A stretch of DNA of 64,000 nt from a virus (Duplodnaviria; Caudoviricetes). Under the pieces are notes generated by a model. The model was not told the origin of the DNA, did not search any database, and saw only the letters and a list, made by a program, of their open reading frames with translations. The translations under genes were made by a program, and so were the position numbers. Each line of letters opens with the position of its first letter. Position 1 is the first letter of the stretch. The DNA lies in IMG/VR virus record IMGVR_UViG_3300013383_000020, positions 44,518 to 108,517 of that record. The stretch is one strand, 5' to 3'. Shown here one piece after another: positions 8,960 through 19,121 of this stretch.

Positions 8960-11158
8960 ATGAAAAAAGAGATATTACGTGAAAAATTGCAAAATCTTTC
9001 ATCTGAGCAATTAGGATTGATCAATACATATTGTGAAAACGATATGTCAAAGTTAAAAAAGATCAGTTATAACGCATTTTTTAGGTACGGCATTCCATCA
9101 TATGAACATGATGAACTGTACGATGATGCGATGAACGTTTTGATGGAGAGTGTCGTGACATTTGATTCATCTCAAGGTGCAAATTTTAATACCTATCTGA
9201 CTAACAATATTAAAAAGTCAACTATAGATTGGTATAGGGACAATTATCAACGAGGTAAAAGAAGAAATTTATTAACTGATAAAAAGGGAAGAATATTAAA
9301 ATTTGATGATGACGGAAATATAACAGATGAAAAAAATGGAAAACCAGTTATTATTCCAAATAGCTCATTTGATGCACCTGCTGACGATGATAATAGTTTG
9401 GCTGACAAACTTGCGTCAGATTTTGACATTGAACACGAAAGTGAATTTGATTTTGAAATAGATCAAAAAGTGGAAGACTTTTTGAATACATTACCTAAAG
9501 TACAAAAAAATATTTTACTTTTATTAATGCAGCATGAAAGTAAAACAGATATTAAACGGCAGTTAGGTATCTCTGATAGAGAATATAATAGTGCGATTAA
9601 GTCAATTAATATGAATAAAGGACTTTCCGCATTCTCAAAGAACAAAAATGATGGAAATTATGAAGTGGAGGTAAAGGATATGGCAGACAGAATTATTGAA
9701 ATTGGTGAATCAGAAAACTACAGAATGGACAAGTATAGCATGTATGCATTATTACAGGATAAGAAAAACGGAGATATGAACTGTAATTACATTTTGCAGC
9801 GTGAACCTTTTCAGTGGAGCACAGAAGAGGCTAATAGATATTTTTGCCGTATTCTTAGTAATCTTCCAATTCCTGAGATTATCATTTGTGAGCAGAAGAA
9901 GAAAGGATTGACAATTTCTCATTTGATTGATGGATTACAAAGACTTTCCTATGCTGAAGCTTTCAAAGAAAATCGTATCAAAATTGGTTCAGCAGGAGCA
10001 GAAAGACATTTAATCCAGTATAGAGATTATGTTTTAGACGAAAATGGTAATCGTATATTGGATGAAGACGGACTTCCTGAATATGAAATGAAAGTGTTCG
10101 ATGTGATTGGAAAGTATTATAAGGATTTACCAGATGAACTGAAAAAGAGATTCAATAATTTTAATATTAATGTAACCAAGTTCTTTGATTGTACAGACGA
10201 ACAGATTGCAGATCATATTCGTGATTATAATAATCACGCAAGTATGAATAAGGAACAGAGTGGCTTGCTTAATGTATCTGCTGACATTGCCGTACAGATT
10301 AAGAAGATTTCACAGAAAAATTCTTTCTTCAAGAATTGTGGTAAGTTTACAGGTAATAATTCAATCAAGGGAAAATGTGAAAGAGTTGTTGTTGAATCAC
10401 TTATGTTGTTGTTTTTCCGTGAATCATGGAGAGCAAACCTGGATTCAATTTATAAGTTTGTTAATGAGAATGCATCAGAACAGCAGTTTATGAAGCTTAA
10501 TTCACAGTTCAACAGACTGGAATTAGCATTAGGCGATAATAATAAAAAATTATCAGAGGTATTATTTACTCCAACTACGATGCCAATGTGGATTACAGTG
10601 TTTGATAAATTTACTACATATAATATGGAAGATTCTCGTTTTGTTGACTTTTTAAATGCTTACAATACAGAACTCAAGGATAAAGATATCAATGGTGTAT
10701 CAATGGCAGACTTTAAAGATCAGCAAACAAAGAAAAAGACAACTATTACAGGTAAGATTGATTTACTTGTACAACTTATGAACGAATTTTTACATATCGA
10801 ACAGACAACGGAGAATAAGGAAGTAGAAGATAGCACCACAGTAGCTTCTGAAAAGGATTTCGTACATAGTGTAATTGAGGCAGATATCACAGACGAAGAT
10901 ATGGAGGATTATAAGGATTATATTGAAGATACAGTAAGAATGTCGTCACCATTATATCATCAGGCATATCCAGCTTTGTTAGCAATGGCTGCATATGTGT
11001 ATAGCTGTGATAAAGATGATGAATTTAATCAGTTTATTGATGGATATGCTAATAATACATATGAGTTTACAACAGATCAGAATGTTAATTACAATCAGAT
11101 GAAACATGCCTTTCAGGAGTGGCTCGACAAAAATAAATCAAAGGAGGTAGCTGCATAA
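8960..11158 (+). CDS. sigma-70-like factor fused to DUF262 (ParB-like) domain
   Basis: Region 2-like DELYDDAMNVLMESVVTFDSSQGANFNTY; region 4-like HTH; QREPFQW...PIPEII...IDGLQRL. Confidence 0.8.
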   Translation: MKKEILREKLQNLSSEQLGLINTYCENDMSKLKKISYNAFFRYGIPSYEHDELYDDAMNVLMESVVTFDSSQGANFNTYLTNNIKKSTIDWYRDNYQRGKRRNLLTDKKGRILKFDDDGNITDEKNGKPVIIPNSSFDAPADDDNSLADKLASDFDIEHESEFDFEIDQKVEDFLNTLPKVQKNILLLLMQHESKTDIKRQLGISDREYNSAIKSINMNKGLSAFSKNKNDGNYEVEVKDMADRIIEIGESENYRMDKYSMYALLQDKKNGDMNCNYILQREPFQWSTEEANRYFCRILSNLPIPEIIICEQKKKGLTISHLIDGLQRLSYAEAFKENRIKIGSAGAERHLIQYRDYVLDENGNRILDEDGLPEYEMKVFDVIGKYYKDLPDELKKRFNNFNINVTKFFDCTDEQIADHIRDYNNHASMNKEQSGLLNVSADIAVQIKKISQKNSFFKNCGKFTGNNSIKGKCERVVVESLMLLFFRESWRANLDSIYKFVNENASEQQFMKLNSQFNRLELALGDNNKKLSEVLFTPTTMPMWITVFDKFTTYNMEDSRFVDFLNAYNTELKDKDINGVSMADFKDQQTKKKTTITGKIDLLVQLMNEFLHIEQTTENKEVEDSTTVASEKDFVHSVIEADITDEDMEDYKDYIEDTVRMSSPLYHQAYPALLAMAAYVYSCDKDDEFNQFIDGYANNTYEFTTDQNVNYNQMKHAFQEWLDKNKSKEVAA

Positions 11159-11360
11159 TGCCGGATATCAGCATGTGCTTTGGCAAGGATTGTGACAGAA
11201 GGGAGCATTGTTATCGATACAAGGCGAAACCCAATCAGGTTCAAACATATAGTGATTTGGAACAGGATTGTAAGATGCACCATTATCGTAACCAATGATT
11301 GAAGAAAATCGAGTCCATGTAGATAATATAAGTAATATGTTGGCGAGGTGTTGAACATAG

Positions 11361-11555
11361 ATGACAAGATTAATTCCATATCAAGGTTATGTTGTTCCAC
11401 AGGAATTCGTCATGACATGTAATAAGTGTTACGAACGTAATATATATCTAGTTCAAGATACAATTATGGATACAGAAACAAGCAAAAGATATATAAAATG
11501 TAACAATTGCAATTCTAAGATATATGTAAATTTACGAAGTATATGTATTTGTTAA
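11361..11555 (+). CDS. small Zn-ribbon protein
   Basis: CNKC...CNNC. Confidence 0.6.
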   Translation: MTRLIPYQGYVVPQEFVMTCNKCYERNIYLVQDTIMDTETSKRYIKCNNCNSKIYVNLRSICIC

Positions 11556-12021
11556 TAAAAATAACAGGAATTATATTTCGTGAAATTATCTATCTTCTAT
11601 ACATAGTCAGTTCTGACATTCTAATATCTTGTATCTTATAACTCGATATATAATTCCTGATTATATAGATAGCGTATAAATGAAAGGCGGTGAGAATATG
11701 GGTATTGGATGTAGACCAATTGGTAAGTTTAAAAGTGAGATGGTCAAGATCGAAAATCAGATTTCCAAGGAAAAGGCAGCACATGTTGTAAAGAAGAACA
11801 ATAAGAATAAGAAGGGAGAATAATATTTATGGAGAAGAAAACAGTTACATATCAGTTGCACACAAGAAAGTTGGATCGTGAGGTCGCACATAACAAGATG
11901 AAGAAGGCTGGTGTGATTCAGCTAAATAAGGACAAAGGAAAGGGTAGTTTCTTCGCTAATCATTGGCGTGAGTATGTGTAAGAATTGTGATGAACTTATT
12001 GTATTGTAAGTTCATCTGTAA

Positions 12022-12093
12022 TGGGCTATCGCCAAGCGGTAAGGCACAGGACTTTGACTCCTGCATTCGTTGGTTCGAATCCAACTAGCCCAG
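12022..12093 (+). tRNA. tRNA-Gln(TTG)
   Basis: cagga-ctttgac-tcctg; canonical cloverleaf. Confidence 0.95.
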
Positions 12094-12097
12094 TTAT

Positions 12098-12170
12098 GTG
12101 CCATTAGCTCAGTTGGTAGAGCACTCGACTTTTAATCGAGTTGTCACGAGTTCGAGTCTCGTATGGCACA
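12098..12170 (+). tRNA. tRNA-Lys(TTT)
   Basis: ctcga-cttttaa-tcgag; canonical cloverleaf. Confidence 0.95.
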
Positions 12171-12198
12171 TTAAAAAATTAAAAAGGAGTATAAAGCT

Positions 12199-12576
12199 AT
12201 GAGAACAATAGACAACAAATTTGAAATTGGAGAAGAATGTTATACCTATGCAAGAGAGAATTTAGCCATTATTTGTCCTGTATGTAAAGGAACTAAGAAG
12301 ATTCTCTACAACAGATACGAAATTCCATGCAAACAGTGTAATGTATCTGGAAAGATTATAGGTAAACAGACTGTAGTTGCACCACATAAGGTTAAGATTA
12401 GAAGAATTATTGCTAGTATTTGGAACGATGTGACGACAATTAAATACAAAGTTGATTCTGTTGGAGAATATATCAATGTGAGAAACAGAGGAGAAACTTC
12501 TTTATTTAAGACATTAGAAGAGTGTGAACAAAAATGTAAAGAAATTAATCAGGGCGAGAGTAGTGCTGCATTTTAG
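12199..12576 (+). CDS. hypothetical protein with CxxCxG Zn motif
   Basis: CPVCKG...CKQC. Confidence 0.75.
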   Translation: MRTIDNKFEIGEECYTYARENLAIICPVCKGTKKILYNRYEIPCKQCNVSGKIIGKQTVVAPHKVKIRRIIASIWNDVTTIKYKVDSVGEYINVRNRGETSLFKTLEECEQKCKEINQGESSAAF

Positions 12577-12600
12577 TAGGAAAATTCTCTTTCTTTAGAT
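12573..12600. repeat. dif-like dyad site (aggaaa-attctc-tttctt)
   Basis: Strict consensus at stop codon. Confidence 0.85.
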
Positions 12601-12614
12601 TGTGAGGTGAAAAT

Positions 12615-12890
12615 ATGACACAAGAAGAATTAGTAAATAGATTGAGAAAAGTTGGTATAAACGGACAATGGGTTAATCCAGACAAATATGGTTTCAGTAG
12701 AACTTATGAGTTTGTAATAAATGAGCAAATCATTCAAATTGAATGGTACACTAATTATTCTACTATTATGATTGGCAATGCACATTTTTGGTTCGATAGT
12801 ATAGTATTACATAGTGGTTATCCTATGCAGGGAGAATGGATTGAATTTTCTTTTAGAGGGGAACATCCATTACATATAAAAGTTAAGTAA
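12615..12890 (+). CDS. hypothetical protein (single-gene cassette)
   Basis: Flanked by two dyad sites. Confidence 0.75.
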   Translation: MTQEELVNRLRKVGINGQWVNPDKYGFSRTYEFVINEQIIQIEWYTNYSTIMIGNAHFWFDSIVLHSGYPMQGEWIEFSFRGEHPLHIKVK

Positions 12891-12914
12891 CAAGAATGTT
12901 CGATTTCTTGGGAA
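12887..12914. repeat. dif-like dyad site (aagaat-gttcga-tttctt)
   Basis: Strict consensus at stop codon. Confidence 0.85.
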
Positions 12915-12931
12915 AATGAAAGGAGAAAATT

Positions 12932-13699
12932 ATGAGACACGCAAACGATGCGGAAGTAATGAAAATTGATGACAAGTTGGTTGGGTTCGATTTAGGTGCA
13001 GATTACTGTGCAGAACACGAATGGGGAATTAATGGTATCATAAGAGAATTCCAAGTGAACACAGATAAAATTGGAATTGAAAAAAGAATGGTTACAGTTG
13101 TCCCTAAGTTATTGATATATAAGGATATTACATACAGAAAGATGAAATGTCATCTACTTGCTTTAGTACCATGTTGGTATTTTGATGAAGATATTAAAAT
13201 TACGAAAGATAACTTAGATAGTTGGGAGCTTTATGATTATTATCTCGAAAAAAATGGAATTACAACTGCGTGGGATGAAAAAAGTTTTGCCATTCTTGTA
13301 ACTGACAAATACGAAAATGAATTAAAAGAATTGTATAATGCATTCTTAAATCTCGATGTTGCTGTTGGAATTGCACCATCAGAAGTATTCAAGAATGGTG
13401 GATTAAAATTCTATATCAAATCAAGACTTCCAAAAGAAACAATTGAAAAAATAAAAGCCGATGACTTAGACTATATTGCATTACAGAAAGCAGCAGAGAA
13501 AACCAAAATTAAGAAAATTTTAGAGAAAGCTGGGAAGAAATATTTTGCACTATCTCCTCGTTGGAAAGACGAAAATAAAAAAGAAGTAATCTTTTGGCTA
13601 AATCCTTATTATCAGGCTATTGATAATTGTGGTTGGTTTACAGTTGATGATTTGAAAGACTGGGCAAAAGGCAAGGGTAAAATACCGATGAAAAAGTAG
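12932..13699 (+). CDS. hypothetical protein
   Basis: 255-aa ORF, aaggag RBS. Confidence 0.8.
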   Translation: MRHANDAEVMKIDDKLVGFDLGADYCAEHEWGINGIIREFQVNTDKIGIEKRMVTVVPKLLIYKDITYRKMKCHLLALVPCWYFDEDIKITKDNLDSWELYDYYLEKNGITTAWDEKSFAILVTDKYENELKELYNAFLNLDVAVGIAPSEVFKNGGLKFYIKSRLPKETIEKIKADDLDYIALQKAAEKTKIKKILEKAGKKYFALSPRWKDENKKEVIFWLNPYYQAIDNCGWFTVDDLKDWAKGKGKIPMKK

Positions 13700-13770
13700 C
13701 AAGATTATGATATCACATTAAAGAAAGATGAGCTGCTGTTTTTGGACATGATAACGAATGGAGAATAACT

Positions 13771-14022
13771 ATGTATAAAACAGGAGATATTTACAGAATT
13801 ATTCAAGATGCATTAGATGCAAATCAGATATATTGCGCAGATTCTAAACTTGGTGATGGATCTGAAGACACTTATGAGACAGATACGGAATTTGTTTCTG
13901 GCAATGATGCTCATTTGATTGCAACCGTTCATCACCAACATTTTGATTATAACCGTCCTTGTCGAGAAAATGAATATATAGAAACAACAAAATTTAGAAT
14001 TAAAGTTGAAATGATAGAGTGA
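13771..14022 (+). CDS. hypothetical protein
   Basis: ORF with RBS. Confidence 0.7.
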   Translation: MYKTGDIYRIIQDALDANQIYCADSKLGDGSEDTYETDTEFVSGNDAHLIATVHHQHFDYNRPCRENEYIETTKFRIKVEMIE

Positions 14023-14031
14023 GGTGAAACT

Positions 14032-14772
14032 ATGTACGAAAAATTAAGAGAATATATAGAAGAGTCAAACAATATTGTATTCTTCGGTGGAGCAGGTGTG
14101 TCAACTGAAAGTGGTATTCCTGATTTTCGTTCCAAGGATGGATTGTATAATCAGCACGATGTTCAGTTTGATAAATATAAGCCTGAATATCTTTTGAGTA
14201 GAGAATGTTTATACAATAACCCGAAAGTATTCTATGAGTTCTATCGTCAGAAGATGGATACAAGAAATATTGAACCAAATATTACTCATAAGGTGCTTGC
14301 TAAAATGGAAGAAATGGGTAAGCTGAAGGCTATCGTCACACAAAATATTGATGGACTTCATCAGAAAGCTGGCAGTAAGAATGTGTTTGAAATTCACGGA
14401 ACTACCCAGAGGAATTATTGTAGTAAATGCAAAATGGAATATCATTCAGATTTCTTATTTAACACTAAAGATGCAATTCCAAAGTGTAAATGTGGTGGAC
14501 TGATTAGACCTGATGTGACTTTATATGGAGAAAATCTTCCTAATGATGCAGTGAATGGTGCTGTTGAAGCGATCAGTAATGCTGATATGTTGATTATTGG
14601 CGGTACTTCGTTACAGGTTTATCCAGCAGCGAATTATATTTCATATTTTAGTGGTAGGCATTTGGTTGTTATCAACAGAGAGAAAATTCAAGTGTTGATG
14701 AATGAAGATACGGATATGATGATTGTTGATTCGTTGGGTAATGTGTTTAGTGAAATTGATAAGTGGATGTGA
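14032..14772 (+). CDS. cobB: Sir2/CobB-family NAD-dependent deacylase
   Basis: GGAGVSTESGIPDFRS, TQNIDGLH, HG, Zn cysteines, GTSLQVYPA. Confidence 0.92.
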   Translation: MYEKLREYIEESNNIVFFGGAGVSTESGIPDFRSKDGLYNQHDVQFDKYKPEYLLSRECLYNNPKVFYEFYRQKMDTRNIEPNITHKVLAKMEEMGKLKAIVTQNIDGLHQKAGSKNVFEIHGTTQRNYCSKCKMEYHSDFLFNTKDAIPKCKCGGLIRPDVTLYGENLPNDAVNGAVEAISNADMLIIGGTSLQVYPAANYISYFSGRHLVVINREKIQVLMNEDTDMMIVDSLGNVFSEIDKWM

Positions 14773-14992
14773 GGTGAAAAAGTGAAAATATTTTTAGCAA
14801 TTTTGATCCTAATTTCAGCATTGAATATAAATCTGACTTTAGAAAAGTTAAATGGTACAAAAAAGAGATATGATTTGCATTGTATCGTGTCATTATTAGC
14901 ATTTATTTTGTTTTTAATTTTCTTTTAAGTAGAGAATAATCTAATATAGAAGTATTTCTATTCAAGGCTGATCAGCCAAATTTTCCAAAAAA

Positions 14993-15020
14993 GTAACAAG
15001 AAATATTTTTTTCATTCGAT
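14993..15020. repeat. dif-like dyad site (aagaaa-tatttt-tttcat)
   Basis: Strict consensus. Confidence 0.75.
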
Positions 15021-15134
15021 TAGGCAGACGTGTTTATTTTCGAGTGATTTTATAACAAAAATTATTAAAATGAAAGGATTAAACAGTAACTCCTAGGTAA
15101 AAATGATTGCGCAATCTCTGTAGATTAAAGGATT

Positions 15135-16235
15135 TTGACAGAGAATAAAGAAAAAAATAATTATTGTGAGCTTAATGGAAGACCATTACGTTTACTAATA
15201 GGTGGTTCACCTTGTACATATTGGTCGATTGCTCAGAAGAACAATAGAGAAACAGAAGCAGAAGGGTTAGGATGGGAGCTATTTAAAAACTATTTAATAG
15301 CAAAGGATAAATTCAAACCTGATTTATTTCTATATGAGAATAATAAATCAGCTTCATCGGCTATAAAAGAACAGATTGTACATGAGCTTGGATATCCATT
15401 ACAAATTATTGACAGTGCATTAGTATCAGCTCAAAAGAGATTAAGATTCTATGTAAAGAACTGGACGTGTCCATTGCCAGAAGATAGAGAAATTTTATTG
15501 AAAGATATTCTTGAATTATCGGAAAGTGTAGTTGAAAGAGAAAAGGCTTATTGTTTATGTACAGATCACGTTGGAACAACGAGAGATTATTTTAAGAAAC
15601 ATCAGAGTCAGATTGTATTTGAACCAGTAAGAATCGGAGATATTGGAAGTAATTCACAAGCTCATAGAGTTTATAGTTGTTATGGGAAGTCTGTTAATTT
15701 AGTTGCTAATGGCGGTGGTCAAGGTGCAAAAACTGGCTTATATTTTGTACCACTTCCAGAAGAATTAGAGAAATTAGTGTGTGATAAGGGGAAAATTTAT
15801 AAGGTTACAAATAAAACTATCCCTACAAAATTTGGTGAATTCCAAGTAAATTTACCAGATGGATTATACATAATTAGAAAACTCACTGTGACAGAAGCAG
15901 CAAGATTACAAACTATGCCAGATAATTATATGAAGTCTGTATCTGCACAACAAGGATATAAAGGGCTTGGGAATGGTTGGACAGCAGAAGTAATTATTCA
16001 TCAGTTAAAATATGGACTCAAAGATATCCCTAAAGATTATCCAATTGAAGTTTTATCTATGTACGATGGAATTGGAACTGGAAGATATTGTTTGGATAAA
16101 ATGGGATTTACAAATATTACATATAAAGCATATGAGATTGATAAGTATGCTATGACAGTTGCCAATGATAATTATCCAGATATTATTCAGTGTGGTGACG
16201 CATTCCAAGTCAGAAACGATGATTGGGAATATTAA
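15135..16235 (+). CDS. circularly permuted C5-cytosine DNA methyltransferase
   Basis: GGSPC near N-terminus; motif I (SMYDGIG) and II-III at C-terminus. Confidence 0.88.
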   Translation: MTENKEKNNYCELNGRPLRLLIGGSPCTYWSIAQKNNRETEAEGLGWELFKNYLIAKDKFKPDLFLYENNKSASSAIKEQIVHELGYPLQIIDSALVSAQKRLRFYVKNWTCPLPEDREILLKDILELSESVVEREKAYCLCTDHVGTTRDYFKKHQSQIVFEPVRIGDIGSNSQAHRVYSCYGKSVNLVANGGGQGAKTGLYFVPLPEELEKLVCDKGKIYKVTNKTIPTKFGEFQVNLPDGLYIIRKLTVTEAARLQTMPDNYMKSVSAQQGYKGLGNGWTAEVIIHQLKYGLKDIPKDYPIEVLSMYDGIGTGRYCLDKMGFTNITYKAYEIDKYAMTVANDNYPDIIQCGDAFQVRNDDWEY

Positions 16236-16278
16236 ACAGAGAATAATACAATAGGCAATTAAAAATAAAGCGACATAT

Positions 16279-16322
16279 ACAATATATAGTATCTGATAAT
16301 TACAACAAATACTATATATTGT
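16279..16322. promoter_or_regulatory. Tandem NrdR-box-like pair
   Basis: acaatatatagt and actatatattgt, 32 bp apart. Confidence 0.7.
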
Positions 16323-16334
16323 ATAAAAATCAAG

Positions 16335-16362
16335 TCCGAAGGAAAGCGGAATTTCTTGTGGC
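16335..16362. repeat. dif-like dyad site (aggaaa-gcggaa-tttctt)
   Basis: Strict consensus. Confidence 0.85.
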
Positions 16363-16375
16363 GAAAGGAGAGAAT

Positions 16376-17098
16376 ATGTATCCAGAATACGATGATTTTT
16401 ATGAGCCAAGTGAAGGCGAAATGTTTTTTGATGAAATGAAAGAAAAGTTCAGAGAGATTTTACGTGAAGATGTAAACTCTGAAATCAGCAAATTAACAAA
16501 AGAAAATGCAGAATTAAGACAGAAAGTTAAAGAGTACAATGATAAAAATTGGGATCTGTCTCGTAGAGAAAGAGATTTACAGTATAAGATGGACAATTAC
16601 AAACGAGAAGTAGAGAACGATTTTTACAATAAAACAATGGAAGAAGTTTTTGAGAATCTTTTAGAGGATTCAGAAGTTTGGTACGCAGAACATGTTCCTC
16701 ATGAGAAACCAAAATGTAATTTATGTAATGAAGAAAGAAAACTTGTTGCAGTATATCCAGATGGTGAAACTGTAACCAAAGAGTGCAAATGTTCTCGTCC
16801 AACATATATTTACGAGCCAGTAATTTCATTGAATAAAGAGGTTAACTTCCATAAGACGTATAAGCCAAGATACAGTGATAAAAAGAAAGTCTATTTTACT
16901 AAAAATCACAAGCCAAACAAGGATTATGCAGATGCATATGATTATTATAGTGAATTCAGAATAGAAAATATCTTTGATGATTTTAATGATGATGTAATCG
17001 CATATCACAATGATAAAAGATATGGAGAAAAAATTGCATTTAGGAATAAAGAAGCTTGTCAGAAATATTGTGATTGGCTTAATAAGGAGAATAAGTAA
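16376..17098 (+). CDS. hypothetical protein (coiled coil, Cys motif)
   Basis: ORF with aaggag RBS. Confidence 0.8.
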   Translation: MYPEYDDFYEPSEGEMFFDEMKEKFREILREDVNSEISKLTKENAELRQKVKEYNDKNWDLSRRERDLQYKMDNYKREVENDFYNKTMEEVFENLLEDSEVWYAEHVPHEKPKCNLCNEERKLVAVYPDGETVTKECKCSRPTYIYEPVISLNKEVNFHKTYKPRYSDKKKVYFTKNHKPNKDYADAYDYYSEFRIENIFDDFNDDVIAYHNDKRYGEKIAFRNKEACQKYCDWLNKENK

Positions 17099-17446
17099 AT
17101 GACAATAGGCGTAAAAATTTGCGAAGCAAAGGATACAGTTAAGAAATATGAAGACCTTGGATATAGATTTGTTGGTGAAGAAAATATAGGTGAAGGATAT
17201 CTAAAACTTATATTCAGAGATCCAGTTGTTTCAGAAGAAAATTTGATTAAAATACCGAATGTTCCATCTACTGTTACAGGTACAATTCCAAGAGTGTTTC
17301 TTTTTAAAACTGATTTATCATTTGATGATGCTGAAAATATAAGTGACTGGATTTATAAAAACATTAAGAAGGGTGTGCTTGTTATCCCAGAATGTGTTGA
17401 ATTCATAGGTGTAGAAGATTTGTTTAAGACAGAAAGGGTGAAATAA
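17099..17446 (+). CDS. hypothetical protein
   Basis: Abutting ORF. Confidence 0.7.
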   Translation: MTIGVKICEAKDTVKKYEDLGYRFVGEENIGEGYLKLIFRDPVVSEENLIKIPNVPSTVTGTIPRVFLFKTDLSFDDAENISDWIYKNIKKGVLVIPECVEFIGVEDLFKTERVK

Positions 17447-17653
17447 ATGAATAAAGAAAAACAAATTGAGGTATTAGAAGATCTGAAATCTTATGTAAAT
17501 GAGGAATGGGATGCTTATGAATATGCAGACGATATAAAGGATGCTAATACAGCATTAGATGCAGCAATTGCTTTGATCAAATCATCTAATGTTGCAGGTA
17601 CATTAACTATAAATGATGAAAGTTATATAGTCCTCAAAGCACAAGAATCATAG
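17447..17653 (+). CDS. hypothetical protein
   Basis: Abutting ORF. Confidence 0.7.
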   Translation: MNKEKQIEVLEDLKSYVNEEWDAYEYADDIKDANTALDAAIALIKSSNVAGTLTINDESYIVLKAQES

Positions 17654-17665
17654 ATTTCTTCCGCT
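17638..17665. repeat. dif-like dyad site (aagaat-cataga-tttctt)
   Basis: Strict consensus overlapping stop codon. Confidence 0.85.
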
Positions 17666-17903
17666 TTAACGGAGAATATATAAATGAGGTAAAACTAACT
17701 GAAAGCCTGAGATGGTGAAAAGGTAAAGGTGAAGGCTGGAAGTAACAAATCAGTCAACCGATGAGCGTATAGGCTGAAATTCATTAGAGAATATAACGCC
17801 TTGGAACAAACCTCAGTCATGGCATGTAATGATGAGGGATAAGGATGCTCTCATAGAGTACAGAAATGAATGTACTCTTAATTTAAACAAGGAGGTAAAC
17901 AAC

Positions 17904-18440
17904 ATGGAATATAAAGAGATTGATTTTCTTTGCGGTTGGACTATTGAACGAGCTGTAAGGGAATTACACGAAAGAGCAAAGGATGGTAGTAAATATTGTG
18001 GTGAATTCAATGGAAATAAACTGACATCTGATATGTCGCTAGATGAAGCTTATATGCTTTGCATCGGAAAAACTTTTGAACAATTTAACAAGGAACAGGA
18101 AGAAAGTCGTCAAAGACTGATTCATGAAGAGGAAGAACATAAAAAGAAAATTCCAGAATTATCAAAATATTGGATAGAAGAAGGTCATAAGGTTTTATCT
18201 AAAGATAAATGGGAAATGTGGGATAAATGCGTTCCTATTCGACTTGGAGATCTATACAGAGGGATGGAACTTGGTCAGTGTTTAGATATTATCAAAACTG
18301 TTAAAGAAAAATCTATCCAAGATGGAATTGAGGTTATGAAGAATCAGGGACATTCTGGTATGTCATGGGGATTAATGAAGTCTATGGTTAGAGAATTTTG
18401 TGATTGTGGAAATGAGTTTTTGGAGCAGTTAGGAGAATAA
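17904..18440 (+). CDS. hypothetical phage protein
   Basis: aaggagg RBS; QGHSGMS motif. Confidence 0.8.
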   Translation: MEYKEIDFLCGWTIERAVRELHERAKDGSKYCGEFNGNKLTSDMSLDEAYMLCIGKTFEQFNKEQEESRQRLIHEEEEHKKKIPELSKYWIEEGHKVLSKDKWEMWDKCVPIRLGDLYRGMELGQCLDIIKTVKEKSIQDGIEVMKNQGHSGMSWGLMKSMVREFCDCGNEFLEQLGE

Positions 18441-18445
18441 ATCAT

Positions 18446-18727
18446 ATGAAGAAGAAAATTTTAGCAGTTGTATTAGGATTAACATTATGTTTTGGAATGA
18501 CTGGATGTGCATCATGGGACAGAATGGTAACAGACGTAAAAAGTGATGTAAGCGGCGGTATGCAGAGAACAATTACTGTATACACGGCAGACGGTAAAGA
18601 GCTTGCAACATACGAAGGCAAGATTGATATTGAAACAAATGATGGTAGATATGTCAAGTTTGACTACAACGGCAAGAGATATATTTATTACAACTGCTTT
18701 GTAGAAAGCATTGCAGACATTGATTAA
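18446..18727 (+). CDS. putative lipoprotein
   Basis: Signal peptide with MTGC lipobox. Confidence 0.75.
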   Translation: MKKKILAVVLGLTLCFGMTGCASWDRMVTDVKSDVSGGMQRTITVYTADGKELATYEGKIDIETNDGRYVKFDYNGKRYIYYNCFVESIADID

Positions 18728-18986
18728 AAATTTCATTATTGTAGGGCTGTTCAATTCAGATTGACAACGGCATAAACGTGGATACTAGTTGGTGATTTAT
18801 GTGTCAGTGGGGCTGTACTAGGTTCGAACCCTTTATATGGTGTAAGTGGGCATAACAATAATGAATTAAGTTGAAAATTTTGATAATTGAAAATAAAAGG
18901 TAGTCCTAAAGGTCATTGACAATAGGATAGAGGTTACGGTTCTTAACCATCTGGCTTAAAAATAAGGCAGTAAACGGTTTTATAAA

Positions 18987-19014
18987 AGCCGAAGAATCCG
19001 AAGTTTCCTTCGGA
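18987..19014. repeat. dif-like dyad site (aagaat-ccgaag-tttcct)
   Basis: Strict consensus. Confidence 0.85.
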
Positions 19015-19121
19015 ATTTTCAAGAGCAAGTCGCTCAAAAATTATAATAAATAAGAGAATATCTAAAAGAAAGGATAATTAGTAGCTGGCTTTAAAGGTTG
19101 CAACCGCTTTGGTACTAATTA

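Noticed and set aside
11561-11586. Dyad site aggaat-tata-tttcgt
   Set aside because: Spacer only 4 bp; at most a degenerate copy, not counted
14032-14772. Sir2 defence system (Thoeris/DSR)
   Set aside because: Sequence is CobB-type with Zn domain and no partner genes
17756-17785. Hammerhead ribozyme core (ccgatgag...gaaa)
   Set aside because: CUGANGA is not matched and stems I/III are not evident
18790-18850. Additional tRNA gene
   Set aside because: Only a T-loop-like motif; no acceptor or anticodon stem
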